A stretch of 64,000 nucleotides of DNA from Felis catus (taxonomy: Eukaryota). Within the stretch, counting starts at the first letter, position 1. Each line of letters begins with the position of its first letter. The stretch spans positions 49,911,815 through 49,975,814 of the forward strand of contig NC_058368.1 in NCBI RefSeq assembly GCF_018350175.1, written 5' to 3'. Positions 40,672 through 53,400 of the stretch are shown here, piece by piece. Made by a program: the position numbers and the translations under genes. The notes under the pieces were generated by a model. It saw only the letters and a list, made by a program, of their open reading frames with translations. It had not been told where the DNA came from and did not search any database.

Positions 40672-41545
40672 ATGGGCAGAAGACATGAACAGGCATTTTT
40701 CCAAAGACATCCAGATGGCTAACAGACACATGAAAAGATGCTCACTCACCATCAGGGAAATAACAAATCAAAACCACGAGGAGATTCCACCTCACACCTG
40801 TCAGAATGGCTAAAATTAACAACACAATAAACAACAGCTGTTGGTAAGGAAGTGTAGAAAAGGGAACCCTTTTGCACTGTTGATGGGAATGCAAACTGGT
40901 GCAGCCACTCTGGAAAACAGTATGGAGGGTCCCCAAAAAGTTAAAAATAGAACTACCCTACAATCCAGCAGCTGCACTACTGGATATTTACCCAAAGGAT
41001 ACAAAAATAAAGATTCAAAGGGGTACATGCGCCCTGATGTTTACAGCAGCACTACCAACAATAGCCAAACTATGCAGAGTCCAAGTGTCCAATGACTAAT
41101 AAATGAATAAAGAAGTTGTGGTATATATGTATAATGGAATATTACTCAGCCATCAAAAAGGAGGAAATCTTGTCATTTGCCACAAAGTGGATGCAGACAG
41201 AGTGTATTATGCTAAGTGAAATAAGTCAGAGAAAGACAAATAGCATGTGATTTCACTCATATGTGGAATTAAAGAAACAAAACAGATGAACAAATAGGAG
41301 GGGGGAGAAAAGAGAGTGTGAAACAAACCATCAGAGACTCTTAAAGATAGACAACAAACTGAGAGTTGATGGAGGCAGGTGGAGGTGGGATGGACTAGAC
41401 AGGTGACGGGTATTAGGAGGGCACCTGTTGTGATGAGCACTGGGTATTGTATGCTAGTGATAAATCACTGACTTCTACTCCTGAAACCAATATTGCACTT
41501 CATGTTAACTAACTAGAATTTAAATAAAAATTTGAAAAAAAAATT
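40672..41545 (+). mobile_element. Carnivore L1 3' end
   Basis: [32 protein letters not shown], 3' UTR and poly(A). Confidence 0.92.
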
Positions 41546-42361
41546 CTCATAATCATATAAATCTGAAATATATTAGTTTCTAGAAATTTTGACAAAAACA
41601 GCTAAAAGATATTTCATATTTGGTTAGTGAAACCTGTTATTTACCTCTGAGAGACGCTAATACCTCCAATAAAAATAATACAGAAGAACAAAGCCTTTGC
41701 CATTAAGCACGTTCACTACTAATAAATTCATAGTACATATGCCCTCCAACACCAGGTACACATCATCTTCCCTCAAAAGTGTTTTTCATCCTCATTTCAT
41801 GTCTACTGATGAATGCCATTCCCATAGTGTCACGGGTTTGAAATGGCGGTAAACTGATTTTTCTCTCTCTTACTCAAAATATGTAAGAATTGATAGGTAT
41901 TCAAATTTTATTTCAGAGAATGCCAACATTTATTCCCTTCTTCCGAGTCTCACTGCTATAGACCTACACAAAGTTGTTTTTGTTTTTTTTAATCTTGCCT
42001 TAAATTTTACCATAGCCTCCTAATTAGTTTCTCGCCTACAGTCTTTGTTGGCTCTAATCCAGATTAGAGTCTCCAAATACTGTTTATAGATGAACCAAAT
42101 CTAATAACACAGGTCAAAACCTGTAAAGTCTACTGTCTCACGAGTTAGTTACCAACCGGGCACTTGAGTCATTGCCCGAAACAATCCCAGTTTTCCCACC
42201 CATATCCAAAAGGGACGGCCTCCCTTCTTCAGATTCTCATTCAGTCTTTACACTTATGCTCATACTGCTCATCCTTCTTGCAACAGAATTCTCAAACATC
42301 TACTTCAAACTCCTCTCAAAGTCTACCTGCTCCATGAAGTCTTCCCTGGGTTTACTCAACC

Positions 42362-42593
42362 TTTTTTTTTTTTTTTTTAATTTTTTTTTTCAACGTTTAT
42401 TTATTTTTGGGACAGAGAGAGACAGAGCATGAACGGGGGAGGGGCAGAGAGAGAGGGAGACACAGAATCGGAAACAGGCTCCAGGCTCTGAGCCATCAGC
42501 CCAGACTCTGACGCGGGGCTCGAACTCACGGACCGCGAGATCGTGACCTGGCTGAAGTCGGACGCTTAAACGACCGCGCCACCCAGGCGCCCC
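42362..42593 (-). mobile_element. Young felid SINE (SINEC_Fc-type)
   Basis: CpG-rich body, long T tail, TSD tttactcaaccttt. Confidence 0.95.
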
Positions 42594-43179
42594 TTTACTC
42601 AACCTTTCTATGAATATTCCTGTCATTTCTTACACTCGACCATTTAGAACATTCTACCTCGTACAGGAGTCATTTGTGGATTTGTCTCCCACCTCTACAT
42701 CCACTAGACTGTAAACTTCTTAAGGGCAGTTCATACATCCAACACAATACACAAAAGAACAAAAACAGTCATACATTTATGAACCACTTTATAAAATGCA
42801 CAATAGTTTAAGTCACTATGTCTCATATATGGGAAGAGGGAAAGTAACACAACATATTATGTGTCAATAAAACATCTTACATTGATTTATACCATACAAC
42901 TGGTAAGAAAGAAAGCGATAACATGTGGCAGCAGTAGGACTAATCATTCATCTGTGAGGAAGAGTTCTAATTAGACATCTAAAGGAAAATCATGAACTAC
43001 TTCGAAACACTATCAAAATGTGTAAAAATGGATAATCTGAGACCTCTGGTGCTGGGTCATATGTAGCACTATGACTTGTTAGATTTAACAAACAGATTCT
43101 GAAGCCAGACAGACCTGAATTTGAATCTCAGCTCTGCTACCTTCTAACAATGTAGCTTTGGATAAGTTACTATGTCTTT

Positions 43180-43900
43180 ATGCTCTAACATTCAATAAGA
43201 ATTTACTGAAGAATACGATTTTCTAAGCACTGGGGATATAAAAAAAGAATAAAACAAAGTTCCTGACCTCAGGACCTTAACTTCCAGTGGGGAAGGCAGA
43301 CAATAAACAAATAAATATTAACAACAAGAAATAAATATAAAAAGTGTAAAAAAAAATGCAGAGTAAGGGGATAGAATGACTGGGAAGGTTAATTAGGTAG
43401 AGCGTGGGGGAGACTTCTCTGAGGAGTGGCTTTTGAGTAGAAAGGGAACAGAATAAAGGAAAGGAAAAAGCACATGGACCTCTGGAAGAGAGAGCATTCT
43501 GGACAGAGGGAGAAGCATGCCTGACACAACTAGGGAACAACAATGGGGCCCAGGTAGCTCGAGCGGCATGAGCTACAAGAGATGAGAGATCAGTTTTTGA
43601 ATGGCCCCGCAGAACATGGTCAATATATAAGACTTTTTTTCTGGTGTGACAGGTATCACTTAAAAGACTGAGCAGGGTAAAGACCTGGTCTAACTTAAAT
43701 TGCAAAAGGCTCACCCAAATTGCTGGATAGGGCATTATGTTTAAGAAGGAAAGCTAGGAGACTCAATTAGGAGCCTATTGTAGTAGTCTAGACAAGAGGA
43801 TGAAGGCTTGGCACAGGTGGTGGCAGGGGAAGATGCCTTTAGAGTATATTTTAAAGATGGAGAGAACAGTATGCTGATGGCTGATAGACAGTATGGGGGG
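43180..43900 (+). mobile_element. L2 remnant
   Basis: ggaaggcagacaataaacaa, ggagacttctctgaggag and aggagcctattgtagtagtctag motifs. Confidence 0.6.
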
Positions 43901-44179
43901 GGTACGTGAACTCTCACTGGAGGTGTGATCCCAATTAACCTGACTAATTCATACATTGGTGAGAAATATTTAAAGAACAAGAAAAGGTATTATAGCTCAA
44001 GCCTAAATATTAGCTATATCTGGTGCATTTTAAAAAGCATATACTACAAACATAAATGACTGAGAGCTGGGTAATGGATTCTTCTTCCTTCAATGATATT
44101 CTTGAATAATCTACCCCCCTGGCCGAGCATTATGTTTAGAACCACATCATAAACTAGGAATTAAAAAGTTCAATTTAGG

Positions 44180-44541
44180 AGTTCCTGGAGGTGAAACTCA
44201 CAGAAGTGTGAGGGTGCCCCCCACCCATGACTGGATCCCTGAGATTCTAATTCTCAGACTTGTCCACACTGAGCCTCTAGCAACTTATCAATTATAGTTT
44301 GGATGTTCCCACCCTGGCACTGGTTTCCACAGAGATTTCCATTCCGGTAAATTGTAATTCTCTGTATTCACCTCACTGTCTCTCCAGTTTGGGGGCAGCA
44401 GTTTGTCCTGTGACCTCACTTCTCTGACGGATCTAAGACTTGTTCATTCTTTGGTTTGTTTCGCTTCTTACTCATGGTTAGGATGAAGTGACGACTTCCA
44501 TATTCTGAGCTCCATACATGCCAGACTAGAAACTGACAGTC
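44180..44541 (-). mobile_element. Old L1M 5'-end fragment
   Basis: ggggcagcagtttgtcctgtgacctcacttctctgacggatctaag...gtgacgacttcc resembles the reverse complement of L1M 5' ends. Confidence 0.6.
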
Positions 44542-44779
44542 TAGCACTCATCATAATTTTCTTCATAAAGGTTTTAAACATCTTTTGTTAGATATATCGC
44601 AAAGTACTTTATAATTTATGTTGTAAATGATGTCTCTTATAAAAATATTTTTCGGCTCTGTGTCTGAATTAAACAATTGAATCATCTTGCTAAAGTCTCA
44701 TACTAATTCTAATGTTTGTGCATTATCTTGGCTTTTTCTATGTAAACGATCATATAACCTGTGAATGATTGCACAAAAG

Positions 44780-45225
44780 GAATGAGGAGTAGGCTGAAAA
44801 CAGCCCCCTCCCCTGACCAAATGTCTGCATTCTAATCCCCAAAACCTGTGAATACGTCATCCTATATGACAAAACAGACTTTACAGACAGGACGAAATTA
44901 AAGATCTTGAGATTGGGAGAGTTTCCTGAATTATCCAGGTGGGCCCAACATAGTCATAAGGAGGCAAAAGGCTCAGAGTCACAGGAAAGAGTTGTGGTGA
45001 TGGCAGCAGAGGTAGGAATGCTGTGCCTTCAAGACAGAAGTAAAAGCCACAAGCCAAGGAGTGTAGACAGCCTCTAGAAACCGGAAAAGAAAAGGAAATA
45101 AAATCTTCCCTAGAGCTCCCACAAGGAACACAGCCCAGCCAACACCTTGACTTGAGCCCCACAAAACTAATTTCAGACTTCCACCTTCCAGAACCATTAT
45201 AAATCTGTGTTGTTTTAAACACTAC
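44780..45225 (+). mobile_element. MLT1-like MaLR LTR
   Basis: ctaatccccaaaacctgtgaatacgt...cagcccagccaacaccttga...aaatctgtgttgttttaa. Confidence 0.75.
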
Positions 45226-46161
45226 CCCCCCAAAGAGGTTCAATTTATTAAAGCCCTATAATCAATATAATTCAGCTTCAGCACATCTTACTCAACTAAA
45301 CATATGATTTGGTGTAAGTGAATGGATACAATAATTTATAAAAGACTGAATCAAAGTACACTAACCCAATAACTCAGAGCAAAGCCAGATAAGGGGGTTG
45401 ATTAATCTTTCTGAGTGCCCCCTACTTCCCAGGAATCCTCGGAAGCAATAGCATTTGGAGACAGATGACAGAGAGCAGTCAATGGACATCCCTCTGCCCT
45501 TTTATTTCTTATCTCATCCCTTTCTTACATTTTGTTTGGGCCTGGGAAACTCCTGACCTAAAATGCTCTAGTTTTAGTACTGTTCCTCTGGGAAATGTGT
45601 TATTAGGCTATCTGCCTAAAAATAATTTATTACCTGGAACAGGACAGGAACACTTAGAACAAAGAGGCATAAAAATATTTTAAAATTCAAATTCTTATTT
45701 CTGGCATAAAAAAGGTAGACATTGAAAGGTTAAAGGCGGTATACTTTCCAGCTACAAAGTAACTTTTTTAAAGACTTCGAACATGTTTGCAGCTTTACCT
45801 TTGTATACTTTAACAATTTCTTCTCTTTATATAGCACACGCCACAATACTGTGTACCTGGCTTTGAATACACTCTCAGCACGAACAGTAATTGCTCTGTC
45901 CGCTTTGGGCTGGAGTGGGTGGTGCAGGTTCAATTACAATGGCAGCAGCTACTGCGTCCGGGGCAAAGTGGAAAGAGCAATTCTAGGTGTCGGGACGAAA
46001 GTCACAGACTCGCAGACACAGGCCTTGGACTAGGGGGACAGCTGAGGAAGGCTCACGGGGGCTTGGTCCCAGGCTGACGGAGGCAGGAGGAAGGCCAGGT
46101 GCTACCGCCAGCCCCTTGCCCAGCTGACGCCGGCAGAGGGCGGGGCCGCCCATTCACTCAC

Positions 46162-46173
46162 CTGGTTGGTGAC
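46162..46173 (-). CDS. COMMD6: COMMD6 coding exon 2, 12-nt microexon (VTNQ)
   Basis: ccatttcAG|GTCACCAACCAG|GTGAGT; completes the 85-aa frame (42+12+153+51 nt). Confidence 0.92.
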
Positions 46174-46262
46174 CTGAAATGGAAGCAGAGAACACAATTT
46201 AGGGAAAGATCCCTCTAGCTCCAGAGCCCCGCTGCCCCGGCTCGTCTGAGGACAGGACTTAC

Positions 46263-46304
46263 CTTGGACTTGGCATCCAGTTGCGGCTCGCCGCAGTCCT
46301 CCAT
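46263..46304 (-). CDS. COMMD6: COMMD6 coding exon 1 (MEDCGEPQLDAKSK)
   Basis: ggtATGG...AAG|GTAAGT; similar to human MEASSEPPLDAKSD. Confidence 0.92.
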
Positions 46305-47349
46305 ACCAAACCGCTAGGGCTCACACCACCAACCGATCAGGTGGTCTGTCCCCGGGCGCCAGCACTTCCGCTTCCTCCTCCCGCCCCTCGCGGACCGGCG
46401 CACGCAGCGGAAGTAGGGGGACTTGAAACAAACATATTTGTGTAACTCACCCTGAGTGTTAATTAAATATTAGTTTCAAGGAGACACTCAGCAGCAAGGA
46501 AATTTCTATGGGGGAAAGGTCCTAAGATTTTGGAGATACCTTATGAAGTGATGGATAGATTAACTTCAGTATGCCTCCTTCCCCTTCTGACCTGGAGACG
46601 TGGACTCTTCCGGTCTGGGCCCACAGCGCTTTTTGCGCGCGTGAGCTGGCGGGCGCGCGACTAATGTATCTCCACAAAGTTCAAGAACAGCTGGATCACC
46701 ACACCCTTTCCTCCCACAGAAGTCTTTGGGCTGGGAGATCCCAGTGGTAACTATAGTTATATGATTAGCTTTTGTCACTCGGATTTACTGCACTGGCCCA
46801 GCTGCGGTGGGATGGGGATGCTATTCTTTATCACGCTGCCACTGACCTACTCCAGCCCTCTACGTGACCGTGGGAATAGCCTTCTCATCTGGTCTTCTTT
46901 CCTCTACGCAGCTCACATCCATTCTACCCAGTAGCTAAAGCGACTTCTCTTTCTCGCCAAATTTTTATTTTAAAAAACGCAAATTTTTGGAGAAAAGTTG
47001 CAAAAGCAGTTCAATGAACATCTCTATACCCTTCATCTAGATTCACCAACTTAACATTTTAACCATTTGCTTTACCTTTAGCTCCATACACGGTAATGAT
47101 GGCACCTCATCTCTAAATACTTGAGCCTGTGGCGCATTTCCTAAGTCATCACAATACTACCACAATACTACTACACAGATTTAACACTGACAAAATACTG
47201 GGATCTAACACGTCGGGCAAGTTCAAATTTCTCCAGTGGTCTCAACGACATTCTTTAAAACTTTCCAACCCTACCCACCCCCAGAATCTAATCAAGAACT
47301 ACTTGTTGAATTTAGTTATTGTGTCTGCTCCGTCTCTTCAAATCTAGAA

Positions 47350-47832
47350 CTGCACTATTGAAGGGTCCATCGGACTGCAGTGGTTTTTCACTGGACCCTC
47401 TGAGGGAGAATCTGTTCCTGGTTGTTGCCAGAACTCAGTTCAATGAAGGTCCCACTTCCTTGCTAGCTTTTGGATGGGGGTTCTCAGTGTCTAAAGGACA
47501 TCAGCATTCTTTGGCTTGTGGCCCTTTTCCTCTGTCTTCAAAGCCATTAATGGCAGGTCAAGTCCTCCTCACACTTTGAATCATTCTGACCTCCCCTTCT
47601 GCATCATCTCTCCTTTCTTGTCTTCTTTCACCAATCTCTGACTCCAGCTTGAGCAGCTTCTGTCTTTAAGGTCTCAAATGATTAGACTGAGCATACTCAG
47701 ATAATCCAAGATAATCTCTACATCTCAAGGTCCACAACCTTAAATAACCTACACAATCCTTTCAGAGCAGTACCCAGATTAGTGCCTGATTCAATAACCA
47801 GGGGAGGGGACCCTTACGGGGAGGGGCATCTT
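47350..47832 (-). mobile_element. MLT1-like MaLR LTR
   Basis: cttggcttgtggcccc and gataatccaagataatctc...tcaaggtcc motifs. Confidence 0.6.
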
Positions 47833-48709
47833 TAAAATTCTGCCTACTGCAAACAGTCATAGGATTGTTGGAGAATTACATTAGTTAACACATGTAAAAC
47901 CCCTAGAATTGTGCCTGGCATGTAACACTGAGAATCTGTGCCAAACAGCCACTGACTCAAGGTTATTGGACATGATTAAAAGTCCTAACTGGCTTGGGAA
48001 CATAGCGCTGAATTAATCCAGTGGTTTCTTTCCTATAAAGGAAACTCTGGATAGGACACTGGTGATGCATCCCACTGGTATGTGCATCAATTCTGTTTGT
48101 AAGGGAATATTTCTCTGAAGTTCTTGGTTGCCATCATATTATGATCCATGTCAAGATTATGCTCCTTGGAGGGCTGCATGCCTGCACACACGCATACACA
48201 CACATACACACATACACACACTCAAACACTTCTTAATTACATAAAAATGCTTCCAAAAGGTGAAAAGATGATATAAAGAAGTTAATTTTTGTGTTTTTCA
48301 CACAAAAAGGTTTTTTTGTATGTTTTTTTGTTTTGTTTTGTTTTTTTAGACATAAGTGTCCCTTTTCAAAAATCTATTGATAAAATTTGGGGAGAGTAAG
48401 ATGTCAGTAGAGTTCAGGCCAATCTTGGCCCATCGTTAATCTTGTTCTTGCGCTCTTGACACTTCATCAGCACATAGGATCAAGTGCTTTTTTTTAAGAC
48501 CTCCATCTTATAAAAGATCAGAATGTATGCAAGCTTCAGACTTGAAAAACACAGATTTTGTGAATAGAGTCAAGAAAAATGCTAAAATTAAAGATGTATA
48601 GGCATAACTTCTGCTTCATTTATATTTATTTTTTGTGATTATGTGTAAATAAGACATAAATAAGAAAACGTTTTTTTGGAACTGTTTTTTAAAAATTATT
48701 TTACTTATT

Positions 48710-48947
48710 TTTTTTAAATTTTTTTCAATGTTTTTTTATTTATTTTTGGGACAGAGAGAGACAGAGCATGAACAGGGGAGGGGCAGAGAGAGAGGGAGAC
48801 ACAGAATCGGAAACAGGCTCCAGGCTCCGAGCCATCAGCCCAGAGCCTGACGCGGGGCTCAAACTCATGGACCGCGAGATCGTGACCTGGCTGAAGTCGG
48901 ACGCTTAACCGACTGCGCCACCCAGGCGCCCCATTTTACTTATTTTT

Positions 48948-48988
<41 letters not shown>

Positions 48989-49170
48989 TGTGTGTGTGTG
49001 TGTGTGTAAGCAGGGGAGGGGCAGAGAGAGAGGGAGACACAAAATCCAAAGCAGTCTCCATACTCTGACCTGTTAGCACAGAGCCGGACACAGGCCTCAA
49101 ACTCATGTACCATGAAATCACGACCTGAGCCGGAAGCAGAAGCTTAACCAACTGAGCCACCCAAGCCCCC
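48710..49170 (-). mobile_element. Young felid SINE (~48710-48932) inserted in the tail of an older CAN-SINE (~48935-49170)
   Basis: TSD attttacttattttt flanks the young copy. Confidence 0.9.
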
Positions 49171-49977
49171 CTTTTTTTGAGCTCTTAAACAAACAAACAA
49201 ACAAACAAACAAAATGAGCACTGACCGATGTATAGGAGGATGTCCATAAAACTATGGCATGAACTCTGACCTCACAAGGGTTACAGTGTAATGGAGAAAA
49301 TATAATTGACACACATGAAGAAGTAATACTTCAATCTAAGCTTTATTTTAGGGCTTTTTTTTGTGTGTGTGCCAAGTGGTATTAGCCCAGCTCAAACTAG
49401 CCTGAGAAAAATAGCAAAATCATCGTCTCATAGGCATGGCCTCTGAAATGTAAGGGTAGAGCCAACTGCAGGAATCTCATAGAATTATGAGACTTGAATA
49501 GCAAAGGGACCAAACTCTGTTTCTCAACTGTAATCTGACCTTCAATTTGTCTGTTGGCTTCATTCTCTTAGGCTTCTCCATATCTGCCTATGGACACATG
49601 ACTTCTAGCATCTCTGAGGTCATAACCTGTGGTTTATAATCCAAAGGGAAAGAGAAAGCTGCTCTCCCATCTCAATTCTTAGAAAGGAGACCAATTTGCT
49701 TGTTTGGGTCGTCTGTTTACCCCTTGGACCAATACTGGATTTAGGGTGATGCAATACTATTCTTTCCCTATGTCCCGTGTTGTGGCCACAAGAGGTAGAA
49801 TTGTATAATTGGCAGAGTCACTAGTAGCAAAAGGGATAAGAAGATGCACCCTAGGAGGTGCAGGTGAGGACAATGCCACAAAACTTGGATGAAAAGATAC
49901 TGAAGGAACAAAAACAACAGATAACCACTAAATACATTTACTAATACTGTATTATACTATTCTACACAGTCAGTGGA

Positions 49978-51237
49978 TGTGGTAGGCAGAATAATGGGCC
50001 CCCAAAGATGTGTTAAAAGATAAACTGAGGCCAATCAAAAATTTTAAGAGTTTATTTGAGCAAAAATCGATTCCAATTGGGCAGTGCCATACCAGAAGTC
50101 GGTTAGGAACACTCCACTGATGGGAGCTCAGACAGAGATTTCAGAGAGAAATGGTAGAAGCAAAGTAAGGAAAATATTGATTGGCGGTGGCTTAAGCCTA
50201 GTTGTCTAGTTATGATTTGGTTGCCCTTAGTATTTTGGTCCCATAACCTTGAGGCATTTGTAGGCACAGATTTTGGTTTGCTTACGTAGGCCACCACAGA
50301 GCCATCCCAGTCTGATGGCCTCCATGTTTAATTAATTTAACAAATATTCACTTCTAAATCCCCAGAATCTATGAAAATACTGTGTTACATAGCAAGGGAG
50401 CATTAAATTTACAGATGGAATTAAGTTTGCTAATCAGAGAATCTTTAAAAAGAATTTTTTTAAGTTTATTTATTTTGAGAGAGAGAAAGCACAAGTGGGG
50501 GAGGGGCAGAAAGAGAGGTGAGAGGGAGAATTCCAAGCAGGCTCCGTGCTGCCAGCACAGACAGAGCCCAATGTTGGGCTTGAACCCCTGAACTATGAGA
50601 CTGTGACCTGAACCAAAGTTGGATGCTTAACCAACTGAGCCACCTAGGCTCTCCTCAGAGAATCTTTTTTTTTTTTTTAATTTTTTTTTCCAACATTTTT
50701 ATTTATTTTTGGGACAGAGAGAGACAGAGCATGAACGGGGGAGGGGCAGAGAGAGAGGGAGACACAGAATTGGAAACAGGCCCCAGGCTCCGAGCCATCA
50801 GCCCAGAGCCTGACGCGGGGCTCAAACTCACGGACCGCGAGATCGTGACCTGGCTGAAGTCGGACGCTTAACCGACTGCGCCACCCAGGCGCCCCAAGAG
50901 AATCTTAAAATAAGGACATGTTCCCGGATTACTGAGGTGCCCAGTGTAATCACAATGGCCCTTATATGTAGAAGATGGTGACAGAGGAGTTAGAGTCAGA
51001 GAGAAAGTGTCAGTGGTGGAGGCCAAGAGCCAAGGAAGGCAGGCAGATTCTTGAAGCTGGAAAAGGAATGAAAATGAGTTCTCCCATCCAGGAGTCGAGC
51101 CTGCTAACACCTTGACTTTAGCCCAGTGAGACCAGTTTTAGACTTCTGACCTTCAGACTGTAAGATAACAAATTTCTGTTTTTCAAGTCACAGAGTTTGT
51201 GGAAATTTGTTCCAGCAGTAATAGGAAACCATGACAG
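49978..51237 (+). mobile_element. MLT1-like LTR carrying a nested LTR-like element (50011-50342) and two SINEs (~50452-50655, ~50667-50895, minus)
   Basis: tgtggtaggcagaataatgggcccccaaagatg start and ccagcagtaataggaaacc end; nested element bounded by tgttaaa...tttaaca. Confidence 0.8.
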
Positions 51238-51634
51238 TGCTGGAGGCTGTAGAGTCACTTAGGCCTGAATCTGAATCTAAATCATTTGACTTACACGGTT
51301 TTTATTAAACGTTAAATGGGATCACATATGTAAAGCACATAATTGGTTCCTATTATCACCATCATGCTATTCAGTCCTCAAAAGAAACCTATAAGCTATC
51401 TATATCATGCATCATCTCCATTTTAAAGATGAAAAAACTGAGGTTCAAGAATGTTAAGCAACATCACCTGGCTAATAGGGAAAACTTCCAATTCCGCTTT
51501 TAATTTACGGTCTGCAATCTAATTTCAGAGAACTCCAGAGGGACTCCCAGAGTAGGTGCCGAAATCCTTCTCAGCTGCCTTGTGCTAACTGAATGTTCTA
51601 CTTATTCTCCAGGATATTCAAGAATATGAGTGAT

Positions 51635-51635
<1 letters not shown>

Positions 51636-51680
<45 letters not shown>
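51636..51680. repeat. (TG)n microsatellite
   Basis: Uninterrupted TG run. Confidence 0.95.
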
Positions 51681-51681
<1 letters not shown>

Positions 51682-52496
51682 TGGGGGTGGGAGGTTGGAG
51701 ATAGCAGTAGTCATCAATGGTCAACATAAGCAAAGATGCAGAATTGGGAATAAACCATAATCACTGATCCTAGATTCATAGAGGTTTTAGAGTTTAAAGC
51801 AGATTACGCAAATTCTTAGCCTTTCAGCCAACCTGGCCTACCCATGTATTTAAAACCAAACAAGGAAAACAAAACAAACTATATCAAAAACTGAGTAAGA
51901 ATGCATTTAGATACCTTTTAGATGTTACAGTGTGTCATTGTCCCCACATTCCTTTTTCATTTCACCCGGCCAATTGGCACATTTATCTGAAACTTGCAAG
52001 ACACAGGTTTCAACTTTTGGCTGAAAGTGACCTTATAGAGTCTGTTATTTAAAATAAGACCTAAGTAGGTTAAGTGCCTGGCTTATAGAAACATGGCTAG
52101 ATTATGGTAGTCATGACTTCTGATCAAATGGGGAGAATTATTAAGCTGTCCCACAGGCAGATGAGGCCAAATAATGTAAGGTTAGGATATGTTCTTAAGT
52201 ACTGCAAAAACGTACGTTTTGCAATGGTGGTTTGGCAATGAGATGCAGGTTCAAGGCAGGTGATGACAGGATCCATATCCATACAGTAGGAAGACAGCTA
52301 GACATATTCCTATTTAGATAAATAATATAAGACAGTGAGTAGTCACAGTGGTACACCACAAATGAGTTACAGGTGTACAGAGAAATTGATCCCCATAGTT
52401 TTCTAGGGAAAACTGGGTGGCCCTGAGCCTAGAAGATTCCCTGGGCTGGTTAACACTGTGAGGACAACCTTATTTGATTGGCAGGTGTTATTACAA

Positions 52497-53400
52497 ATGC
52501 TGCATTTTATCCATTGTTAGATTCCTATTTTTTCACATTTGACATCTCAGCAATCACAATGCACATTGCATCAGATGGCTTCTTATAGTGACAGGTAGCC
52601 AGGCAGCAGCTGTGACCCAGTTATTTTTGTCAGTGCATGCATGAACTTGGTCACAGCTGATCAGCACTTCTACTGAGTTATGGGTATTGTTGGCTGTATA
52701 CTTACTATATTTAACCGCCATGTAAAGTGTCTTTAGAAAGATTATGCTTTGACTTGGCCTAACAAAAGTTACTAGGTATGGAAATAGAACAATGGGTATC
52801 AGTAAGGCAAATATGGCTCATTGGAGGAATGACCAAAAATCCATGTTTTCTTACAAAACAATCCAATAATTTACAGTTCCTAAAAATAGGTAGATGGCCT
52901 TGAGTAGATAAAACAAAAAGGTAGCTTATTCCGGTTTAAGGTTGGAATAATTGCCAAATCGCTCAGAATATAAAAATGAAACCTATAAGGATGAGAGAGC
53001 AGGTTTTGAGACACAACAACTTTTGTTAAGACATCAAACATCACTTTGTCAGAAACACCCTGCTATTTTTGAGTAGAAGTTACTGAATTTTCATCAGTGG
53101 CTGAGAAAATGAATTAGTGAGTTTAGTCAAGTAAGAAATGGTGACAAACCTTGATATTCTTTGACAACCATCGAAATCAATCTGTAAGTGTTAAAGTCAA
53201 TAAAAGTGCATGGATTATTTGATATTGCTGATCTGTATCACGTGGGGAGAAAGGTTGGGAAACACTGGAATACATAATAAATTCTGCAGGGGCTTTAAGA
53301 AAGAATTTTAGGATGGATCAAGGGTGAAAAGATGTGAAATTTCAGCCAAAAATAACTTGAAAAATGTCCAGACTCATTCATGATCAATGAAAATAAAAAG
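52497..53400 (+). mobile_element. Ancient Tc1/pogo-like (Kanga/Tc2-type) DNA transposon remnant
   Basis: cacatttgacatctcagcaatc...gatggcttctta end motif and degenerate transposase N-terminus (ISKANMAHWRND). Confidence 0.5.

Larger units (their letters stand above)
45950..46680. promoter_or_regulatory. COMMD6 CpG island / promoter with ETS-like (GCGGAAGT on both strands) and GC-box motifs
   Basis: acttccgc at ~46363, ccgccc at ~46381, gcggaagt at ~46407; CpG-rich. Confidence 0.8.

Noticed and set aside
11342..50871. Recurrent ORFs such as MAQSVKRLTLDFGSGHDL... and ...RERQSMNGGGAEREGDTESETGSRL...
   Set aside because: Translations of CAN-SINE copies, not a gene family
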